Shown piece after piece: positions 48,019 to 60,000 of a stretch of 62,755 nt of DNA. Position numbers and translations under genes: made by a program. The notes beneath the pieces are model-generated. The model worked only from the letters and a program-made list of their open reading frames with translations. It had not been told where the DNA came from and searched no databases. The stretch is from Bacteroidales bacterium (GTDB lineage: Bacteria; Bacteroidota; Bacteroidia; Bacteroidales; WCHB1-69), in assembly GCA_028693085.1 (NCBI GenBank), contig JAQUWC010000003.1, forward strand, positions 1 through 62,755, read 5' to 3'. Every line of letters starts with the position of its first letter. The stretch's first letter is position 1.

Positions 48019-48053
48019 AAAAAAAGTTAATTAATAATTAAATCAATATAAAG

Positions 48054-51000
48054 ATGAAAAATATGTTAAGAGTTTTATCAGGGATAATGTTTATATGTGC
48101 ATTGTCTTCGAATATTGTTACAGCACAAAACCTAATTACCGTTGGCACTGGGACTAATACGTATGCTTATGCCCCGGCTTATTCTTTGTATAATTACAGT
48201 TTTTCACGTATGTTGTATCTTTCCTCTGATTTACAAGCTTTATCTAGTGGAGGAAAAATAACGCACATTGCTTTTTATATCAGTACCGCTCAGAGTGGAT
48301 ATACTTTAAACAATCAAACTGTTTACATGCGTGGTACGACTGTTGCGTCGGAAAATACCGGATACATTGATCCAACCGTTACGTCCAATGGCTGTACACA
48401 AGTATGGACGGGTAATCTAAATGTGTCAAACACCGGATGGGTTACCATTCCGTTGAGCACTCCTTTTACTTTACCGGCAGGACAAAACTTGGAGATATTT
48501 TGGAATAATATGCATGGAAGCTGGTTTTCTACTGTATATTGGCAATCAACCGGTGTAAGTTATAATGCTGTTTCCAGGGGTTATTCCGATAATAGTTTTG
48601 CGTCTGCAACTACTTCCAGTTTAGCCACAGCTACGGAACGTCCGAATATTCAAATTACTTTTCTGCCTTCAGGTCGTACAGCTGCTGTAACGGAAATTGT
48701 ATCTCCCAGGTCTTCAATTATGTTAGGCGGACTCTTAACAGCGCAAGCGAATATCGCCAATTTAGGGACAGATACCATTACTTCCTGCCGAATCAATTGG
48801 TCGGTTAATAATGTATTATATCCTCCCGTCTATGATTCTACGCTGCTTCTTGCAGGAGCGGCTCCAACAAGCATTACCTTAGGTAATTATATGTGTGATT
48901 CTGATCAGTTTAATAACATTACCGTATGGATAGACCAAGCTATGCCCTATGATTCCGCTCAAGTGGATGATACCTTGTCATTCGATTTTTATGCTTGTTC
49001 CTATCAATTTAACGGAGTTTATACCGTAGGAGGGCCTACCGCCGATTATGCAACTTTAGGAGAAGTACTTATTCATCTAACTAATTGTGGTGTTACAGGA
49101 CCCACTACTTTTATATTAAATACAGGAGTGTATAATCAACCCATAGTCCTTTCCGGTTCCATACCGGGATTAAGCGAAATCAACACCGTAACTTTTACTT
49201 CGGCGACACAAGATGCGGATAGTGTCCTAATTTATGCCGTTGGAACTACAGTACAATTAAACGCGGCTAAACATCTTAGATTTTCTTATTTAACATTAGG
49301 AAATACTTCTATTAATTCGACCTACGGGGTTGAATTTAACAATGGAGCAAAAGATATTGATTTTTACGGATGTAAGATTAATTCCTATGTTTTTGCTACT
49401 TCTTCCTCTTATGCTCCTGTATATTACTATGGGGCTTCAGGATCTGGGTATAAGTTAGAAGACGTTACTTTTATCAATAATACCTTAGACGGAGGATATG
49501 CAAGCATGTATTTGTATTATTCCGGTTCAGGAAGTGGCACTGACATGAGTAGTATGGTAATTGATAGCAATGTAATGACCAATGCTTATTATTATGGAGT
49601 GTATAATTATTACTATACGTATTGTTCCAGCTTTTCTCATAATGTGATAAGTATGCGAGCAAGTGCAACGACGAATTATGGGATGTATTTTGGCGGATCT
49701 TATAATACCTTGGATAGGATGGAAGGAAATAAAGTACGTTTTAGAAATACAGGTTCTCGATATGGGATATATTTTGGGTCATACTTAAACCGCAGTGAAA
49801 GTTATAATGCTTTCGGGCCGGCTTATATAGTTAACAATGAGATTTTAAGTGATGGAGGATCTACAAATTACGGGATTTATTTAGGGAGTTATCCCAATGC
49901 TTATCTAGTATATAATTCGGTTTATGTGGCTGGAAGCGGAACCTCTTATGCTCTTTATTTTCCAACCATGAATTCTACCTATTCCTTAACTGTTAAAAAC
50001 AATATGTTTATTGCAGCAGGTAGCGGAACTCCTTATCCTCTCTATAGTAGCTCTATAGATTATGTAAAGCCGTATAACGGAACCATATTAGATTATAATA
50101 ATTATTACGGATCCAAAAATTCTATCGCTTATATTGGAAATGCAGTCTCTGATTTGCAAAGCATGCAAACCCTTACCGAGCAAGATGTACATTCTCAAAA
50201 TGTATATCCTAATTTTGTCAATCTAAGTCAAAGTTTACATACAGATGGTAGTATGATGATTGTTGAATCAGATGTGGAAACTAAATTTGATGTTGAAGGT
50301 GATAAAAGGGTGATATACACAAATATGGGTTGTTATAATGACTATGTAATATCATTAAATAATGATGTTACTATATCTAATTTACTATCCCCATTGGATT
50401 GGCAAGCTCCTTCAACAAATATAGCGTTAGACATTAAAATAACGAATAAAGCGACCGATACATTGAAAAATGTGAGAATTTATTGGTCAATCAATAATTC
50501 GCCGGTTAATTTTATTAATTATAACTGTAATTTAGCATGGTATGAAGAAAGTGAAGCCATTACTTTAGACAGCATTGTATTACAAAGCGGTGTTAATTCT
50601 TTATTAGTATATACAACGCTACCCAACGGTTTAAGTGATGCCAATGTATTTAACGATACCTTGCAGGCAGAGATTATCAGCTGTGTTCCTTTAAGTGGAA
50701 ATTATACGGTAGGTAGTCAACTGGCTGATTTTGTCACCTTAGATGAAGCCATAGATTATCTTAATAGTTGTGGCGTAAGTGGACCAACAACACTTTTACT
50801 TCATGCAGGAGATTATGTACAGACGATGACGCTGACAGGGAGTATTCCCGGGCTAAGTGCATCTAATGCCGTAACCTTTACTTCACTTGCACAAGATCCG
50901 GATAGTGTTAAGATTTATACCAACAGTACAGCTTTGGAATTGGTAGAAGCCAAACACCTTCGCTTTTCATACCTGACTTTGGGCTCAACAAGTAGTAAAT

Positions 51001-54000
51001 CTACTTATGGAGTAGAGTTTATCGATGGAGCTTTGGATGTACATTTCTATGCTTGTAATATTTATGCCAATTTATTGTCCACATCTTCTTCGTATGTGCC
51101 GGTTTATTATTCTGGAAGCAATGGTTCAGGAAAACGATTGGAAAATGTTAGTTTTGTTAAAAATAAATTGGAGGGTGGCTATGCCAGTTTCTTTTTATAT
51201 TATCCCGGTTCCGGTGAAGATACCAGTATGAGTCAGATTGTTATCGATAGTAATATCATGTTGAATGCATACTATTACGGTGTACGAGTTTATTCCTACG
51301 GATATTTTCCAAGTATATCGTATAATACAATATCGATGCGTAATAGCTCTACAACCAATTATGTAATATGTTTCGAAGGAAGTTATAATACCATCGATAA
51401 CATGATAGGAAATAAAATCCGTTTTGGCACAACCTCAAGTAGATACGGCATTTATATTAGTAGTGCTAATTTGAACGAAAGTCCTTTATACAAAGCATCC
51501 GGACCAGCCTTAATTGCTAATAATGAAATTATAAGTACAGGAGGTTCGTCGAATTATGGTATTTATTTTGCAAACACAAACGTAAATGCAAAGGTGCTTC
51601 ATAATTCAATCTTATTGTCAGGTACTTCTACCAGTTATGCAATTCGTATCCCAACGATGAGTGCCGAATATGCCTTAAATATTAAAAATAATGTGTTTGT
51701 TACAACTTCTACCGGGACAGCTTATCCTTTGTATGCTTCTTCCGCAAATTATGTGAAACAATCCTATGGAACTACTTTAGATTATAATAATTATTATAGT
51801 ACGGGTGAATACCTGGCTTATATTTCCGGAACAAAATCAAGCTTACTCGATATACAACTAGCCAGTGAACAAGATGCACAGTCCATCAGTCAAAATCCCG
51901 ATTTCGTGAATCCATCGCTTGATTTACATACTTCTAGTACGGCTATGTTAGTACCACTTGATTCAACGATGATGTATGATATTGATAGAAATCAAAGATT
52001 AATGTTTACAAACATGGGTTGTTATCATGATTTTGTAGCTAATAATTTGGATGTGTCCTTACAGACTCTTGTGTCTCCTACTGAAACATCACCTACTAAT
52101 CAAAATACAGCCTTAGAGGTTATGATTAATAATAGTGGTATAGATACATTACGGTCCGTACGTTTTTATTGGTCAGTCAATCAATCTGCCATTGATTCTA
52201 TGGATTATGCTTGTTTGATTTCTCCTCTGCAAAACAGTGAAGTTGTTCTACTTGATTCCGTTATGTTGCATGGTGGAGAGAATACAATCAAGGTTTATAC
52301 AGCTTATCCCAACGGTTTAGTAGATGCTAATACCGTCAATGATACCTTATTAGTACATATTGCTGCTTGTGATACCATGTTGAATGGTGAATATATAGTT
52401 GGAACAGGCGGCGATTTTGCCAATGTAGAAAAAGCTTTCAACACATTGATGCGTTGTGGTATTAATGGGCCGGTAGAATTAAAATGCATGCCGTTTACTT
52501 CAGGTAGTTTCAAACTGGATGTGAATGTCCCGGGTGCTGATTCGATCAATACGGTTACGTTTAGCTCTTTAAGTGGAAATCCTTCCGATGTAAAGATTGT
52601 TAGCACTGATGGAAATGCCTTAACATTAGATGGTGTAAGCAATTATATATTCAAAAATATTAGCATTGATGCCACTGCAGGTACCAATGGTGTGGAATTT
52701 TTAAATACCTGTAGTAATATTCTGTTCTACGGATGCAATATTATGGCTAATCCAACGACAACATCCTCTTCTTATACGGCAGTACGTTATTATCAAGCAT
52801 CCGGTAGCACTACGTATTTATCCAATATAAGTTTTATAAAAAATAAAATAAGCGGTGGTTATCATAATATGTATTTCTATTATGCTTGTGGCAGTTCTTC
52901 CAAAATGTCAGAATCTCTAATTCGTATCGACAGCAATGAGTTGACAGATGCTTATTATTACGGTATTTATGCTTATTATTACGGGAATTATAAAAGTGTT
53001 TCATATAATACAATAACTTCTCGAGCCACCAGCAGTACATTTTATGCCATTTATTTTAATAGGTATAATACCGTTCAAGATGGAGTGATTGGCAACCGCA
53101 TTTTCTTACAAAATACATCCACCGGATATGGCATTCGTACCTATTATATCAATAGAAGCACATCCTATGCAGCTCAAGGCAATGCTTTGATTGCAAATAA
53201 TGAAGTGATAGGCAATGCCGGAGGATCGACCTATGGGATATATACTCAATATTCTAATGCCGATTTCTATAATAACTCCATATATTTAACGGGTAGTAGT
53301 TCATGTTACGGTTTATACATTAGTTCAACCAGCTCAACCTATAGTATGAACTTTTTAAATAATCTATTTATTACTACTACATCCGGTACAGGATATCCGA
53401 TCTATACCGGTACGGCAAATTATGTTACAACTAGCTATGGTACGGTCTTAGATTATAACAATTATTATAGTACAGGTAGTTATGTTGGATATATTAGCGG
53501 TACAAAAACTAGTTTATCCGCTTTAAAATCTGCTACCCTACAAGATACAAACTCTGTAAGTATTCAGCCGCAATTCCTTGGCATTAACAATGGATTAGAG
53601 TTGTTAAATTACAGTGGATTGAGTTGCTTGAAGTTGGATGGAGTTAGCCATGACATCCGTAATGTAGAAAGAGATTCCTTGACTTTTATGGGATGCTATA
53701 CTCCAAATAGTTTGGATGTTGCATTAGCCCCTAGTACCTTAACTCCCGATTTAGCCAATGTACATCAAGGAATAATAGTTGCGGTAAAACTACAAAATCC
53801 AGGAAAAACTACATTAACAACATCCACGATTACCTTATCCGTTGATGGAGTCGTTACGAAAGTAATCCCATGGTCAGATAGTTTGGTACCTGGAGCAGAA
53901 ATACCACTCTACTTAGATACTATGAATGTAAATGCAGGTTCCAACGATTTAAGAATATGGATTTCTAATCCAAATGGCAGTGTTGATTTGAACAACGACA

Positions 54001-57000
54001 ATGACACCTTACAATATAATATTTACGGTTGTGATACGCTATTGAATGGCCAATATACGATAGGAGTCAGTGGAGCAGATTATGTGAGTTTTCAAGACGC
54101 GCTACAAGCAATGATACGATGCGGTATTAACGGACCGGTAACTTTTAGGGTGAATGATGGTGTATACAATGAAAATCTATACATAAATACAGCTTTAATT
54201 CTCGGTTCAAATTCACAAAATACCATTTCGTTTGTTTCGACAAGCGGTAATGCGGCTAATGTAATACTAGGAAATCATCAGGCATTAGGAGCAAGTGCTT
54301 TGGTACTTGATGGAGCCAGCAACCTTATTTTTAAAGATATAACGATAGGATTAAACAGCGAAAATACCGGTGTTGCAGTTGAATTCTTAGGGATGTGCGA
54401 GAATATTGAATTTAATTCCTGTATCATTCAAACCTATGATCAAGCAACCTCAAACACGTATTGCGGCGTAAAATATTATAATTCCAGCTCATCATCAAAT
54501 TATTTGAAAAATGTAAAATTTGTACATAATCATATTGATGGTGGATATTATAATTTCTGGTTTTATTATTCCGCCGGCACTTCGTCGAATATGGGAAATA
54601 TGTCGGTAATCATCGATAGCAATACTTTGAGTAATGCTTATTATGCCGGTTTTTATACATATTATAACGGAAATTACCCCAGTGTTTCTTATAATACTAT
54701 TACTTCCCGTACCAATGAAAATGTGGGAACAGATTGGTATGGAATATATACCTATTATTACACCAACATTGAAAATATTGTAGGAAATAAAATTCAAAAT
54801 ATCAATGTACGCATTGCTCAACCGAGAGGTATTTATATTCATTACTATTTCAATTATACCTCTTACAGTGGTTCCGGTCAAGGATTAATTGCTAATAATG
54901 AGATTTTGTTATATGGTGCTAACGCCACTAATACATATCAAAACTTTGCCGGATTATATATTTATTATCCTTATTCGAGTACAAAGATATTACACAATAG
55001 TATTTATTTGTATGGAGCAGATCCCGCTACTTTAACAGGTGCCGCTTTATATGCGTATAATACAAGTACATCATATCTATTAAAAATACAAAATAATGTT
55101 TTTAGTACAGCGATAGCGAATAATGCAAATACGTGTTTAATTCCTTATTACATAAGTTCGTTAACCTATGCAAGGCCTAATTATGTAAATAGTGATTATA
55201 ATAATTACTACAACGCATATAATCAAAATGTGGCATATGCTGGGGAAGAATATACATTGGTAGATTTACGCGCAGCAAATATGCAAGATGCACATTCTGT
55301 CCAATACAATCCCGGATTTGCTAATTTACCTTTTTCTTTGATGCCTACTCATTGGACGATTTGTCCAAAAGAGGATCTTGTTTCGTTCGATATGTTAGGG
55401 AATGCCCGTGTAGTACTTACTTATAGTGGATGTTATCATGCCAATTATAGTAGCGATGCCGGTATAGTCGAGTTTATGAATATAGGCGAAAAAAATACGG
55501 CCGGACTTAATCCGTTAGATGTTCGCCTTGTGAATTATGGCAGTGCTGTCTTAAACAGCGTAACGATTCGTGCCTCTGTGGATGGTGTCCTAATACCTGC
55601 CGTTAACTTGACGGGCCTTGCATTAGTGCAAAATCAAGATACTATTATACATATTGGAAACTTTACTTCTGTATTGAATCATACAAACACTATCAAAGCA
55701 TGGACATCCAATCCTAACGGCATGCTCGATCAAAACAATTTGAACGATAGCATGTCCATTACTACCAAAGGGTGTGTTGAAGTTTTATCGGGGGTATATG
55801 ATATTGCAGGAGGAAACAATGATTTTGCCACTATTCAAGATGCTTTAAGTGCCTTAGAAGATTGTGGTATTGCAGGTCCTGTTGTCTTACGTCTGGCTAA
55901 CGGTATCTATCCAGATTTAAATAACGTAGGAACATTTACCGGAACCAACGAAACAAATACAATAACCTTTACTTCCCTTAGCGGAAATGCCGATGACGTA
56001 GTTATTGGCAGTCCTACTGATGTAGCTTTGTCACTCTTCGATGCCGGTCATTTACGTTTTGAAAATATTAGTATAGGGAATAGTTCATCTACTTATGGCG
56101 TTCAATTTATAAATCACAACGAAGATATAGTTTTTTATCAATGTAATATTTATTCTGCTCCGGGTATGAGTAGTACCAGTTATGCCGGAATTTATTACTA
56201 TAATTCTTCCGGCTCTACCAATACCTTAAAGAATGTGCGTATTGTAAAAAATAATATTTCGGGAGGGTATGCTAACATCTATTTCTATTATCCGGGAGGA
56301 AGTTCATCCAATATGACCAATATGTCGGTTACCATCGATAGCAATATTATGACCGATGCATATACGTATGGTCTCTATTCTTATTATAATGCAATGTATG
56401 AAAGCATTTCTTATAATACCATCATTACAGCTTCCGCTAGTACAACTCAATATGGTCTTTATTTAAATTATTACAATACAATTGTACATGGGATTAATGC
56501 AAACCGTCTGCGCATGCAATCTACTTCATCTGCATATGGAATAAGATGCTATTATATAAATAATCCTTCCTATGGAGCTCAATCTAATGCGCTAATTTCT
56601 AATAATGAGATTGTATGTCCGGAAGGGTCTTCGACCAAATACGGAATTTACACCTATTATACGAATGCTGATTTTTATAATAATTCCGTTTATTTAGCCG
56701 GAACCAGTACCAATTACGGTTTCTATATCAGTACAACCAGTTCCTCCTATTCCATGAATATTAAAAATAATATCTTCTATACGGCAACCACAGGTACAGG
56801 CTATCCGATTTATACCGGTACAGCCAATTATGCTAAAACAACCTATGGTACCGTCATAGATTATAATAATTATTATAGTACAGGTACATACGTAGGATAT
56901 ATAGCAGGTACTAAATCTACAATTTTCGATTTGCGAGCATCTACAGGCCAAGACCAAAATTCAGTTAGTACAAATGTAAGTTTTATGGATATTACGAAGG

Positions 57001-60000
57001 ATTTGCGATTACTTGCTTATTCCGGACTCAGCTGTCCGAAAATAGTGGATGAAGATATCGATGGGAAAAGCAGAAATGCTTCTACCTTTATGGGATGTTA
57101 TGAATCCGATTCCTTAGATGCTGCAATTTCTATGGGTGATATTAGTCATAATAGCACACAACTTCCATTGCCGGTATATGCAGTATTAACCAATAAGGGC
57201 TTAACAACTTTAAATAATGCCATACTTACTTGGTCGTTTAAAGATACGGTACGCATGTCGACACCTTGGACTGGTTCCTTAGATCAAGGAGAGACAGATA
57301 CCGTACTTTTGGGGAATGTAAGTTTAACCTACGGATCAGTTAATAATCTAAAATTATGGGTAAGTCTCCCCAATGGAGCTACAGATAATAATGTGGAAAA
57401 TGATACCGTAAAAGATGTAGTGTATGGATGTTATGGTCCCTTGAGTGGAGTATATACCATTGGAGGTCCAACTGCCGATTTTGCTACGATAGCCGACGCA
57501 TTGGAACCTATTACATATTGCGGTATTGTTGGACCCGTTACCTTTAGCCTTAACGATGGGACCTTTAATGAAAATGTGGTTATCAATATTCCTATCCCTG
57601 GTGCCAGTATACTCAATACAATTACCTTTACATCTACTAGCGGCAACCCGGCCAACGTGGTTATTGGTAGTAATCTTGAAAAAGCGGGTACGGCTTTGTT
57701 GATAGAGGGAATGAACTATTTGAATTTTACCAATATTACCATAGGACTTAACTCTGAATATACCGCTACAGCTGTAGAACTTAAAGGTATGTGCGAAAAT
57801 ATCCTATTTACAGGATGTAGAATACAATCCTATGACCAAGCCAATAGTACGATGTATTGTGGAGTTAAGTACCAAAGCTATAGTGGTGCTACAAATTACT
57901 TAAAGAATGTGAAATTTATTGGAAATCACATTGATGGGGGATATTATAATTTCTATTTATACTATTCTGCAGGTTCCTCTACTAATATGGAAGCTAGCGC
58001 TATGTCGGTTACTATCGATAGCAATGTCTTAAGCAATGCTTATTATGCCGGTGTTTATTCTTATTATTACGCTAACTATCCGAGTATTTCTTACAACACT
58101 ATTTTGGCACGTACCTCCGGAGTAGTCAATGCTGATTGGTATGGAATTTATACCTATTACTATCACAATGTAGAAAGAATGGTAAACAATAAAATCAAAA
58201 GTACTCATGCAAACATTACCAATCCACGCGGAATTTATATATATTACTACTTTAATTATTCTTCCTATGGTGGACTTGGCAGAGGGTTGATTGCTAACAA
58301 CGAAATTATTCTCCAAGGAGCTAATATGACAAGCGATTTCAATGCATTTACAGGGATATATATCTATTATCCTTATTCCAATATGCAGATTCTACACAAT
58401 TCTATTTATTTATATGGTACTGATCCCAATACGATGGCCGGTTGTGGAATTTATGCATATAACACAACGACATCCTACCAAATAACCATTAAGAATAACG
58501 ATATAGCCACCTATAAAGACGGCAGCAGTTTGTGCTATTTATATCCCTATTACGTTACTTCAGCTACCTATGCTGATGCTTCTTATATTGTTACAGATTA
58601 TAATAATTATTACAATGATAAGAATGCAAACATTGCATTTACTGGAGTAGAGCACACCTTAGCCAGCTTAAAGGTTGCTAATTTGCAAGATGAAAATTCT
58701 TTGAGTATCAATCCCGGATTTGGTTTGAATCCTACGAATCTTGTCCCTCAAAATTGGTCAACCTGTTTGATTGTGGATGAAGTTAACAATGATATCCATG
58801 GTGATCTACGATTGGGAAGAATTACCTATAAGGGTTGTTATACCGCTATTTTTGGCAATGATGCAGGAGTTACTGAATTTGTAGGTTTAGGCCAAAGAGT
58901 TACCGCCGGTTCCAACAATATTCAAGTTCGGATATTTAATTTCGGAAGTACTACCTTGCAAAGTGTCAATGTAACGGTGGAAGTTGATGGGATAGTACAA
59001 CCCACGATGAATCTGACAGGACTTAATTTAGCAAAATATCAAGATACGGTTATAACTGTAGGAACTTTCATGGCCTATGTGGATGCTATAAACGATTTAA
59101 GAGCATGGACATCCAATCCCAATGGAATTGTCGACGATAATTTCATCAACGATACCATGGCAATGCAAACTACCGGATGTTTTTTGGTGTTAGCCGGTGT
59201 GTATGATGTAGGAGGTGGCAATAACAACTTTGCCAGTTTAGAAGATGCTATGGAGGTATTAGAAAATTGTGGAGTGTCAGGTCCTGTTATATTACGCATA
59301 GCTGCCGGAAACTATCCTAACTTAGATACTTTGGGGGCTTATTTCGGAACCAGCGATGTTAATACGGTTACCTTTACTTCCTTAACCGGAAATGCAAATA
59401 GTGTTGTTTTAGGCGATACTATTAATACCGCTCTTACATTTGTTGATGCAAAACACCTGCGTTTTGAAAATGTAACTATTGGGAATACTTTATCCATGCG
59501 CGGGGTTGAATTTGTAAATACCAACGAAGATATTTCTTTCTATCAATGCAATATTTTGGCTACACCTGCGATGAACAGCTCGGACTATGCTCCTATTTAT
59601 TACTATAACTCTTCTAGTTCTTCCCATACCTTAAAAAATATTCGTATTGTTAAAAATAATATATACGGCGGATATGCCAATATTTACTTTTATTATCCGG
59701 GAGGTAGCTCATCAAATATGACAAATATGTCGGTTACAATTGACAGCAATACCATGACTAATGCTTATTATGCAGGATTGTATTCTTATTACTATTCTTA
59801 TTACAAAAGTGTGTCATATAATACCATTGTAACCGCTGCAGTAAGCGCTACACAATATGGTTTGTATGTGTATTATTACAACACTGTTGAAAATGGGATT
59901 ATCGGAAATCGTATACATATACAATCTACATCCGGAGGCAATGGTATTCGTTCGTATTATACCAACAGAAGTACGGCTTATGGTGCAAGAGGAAATGCTT

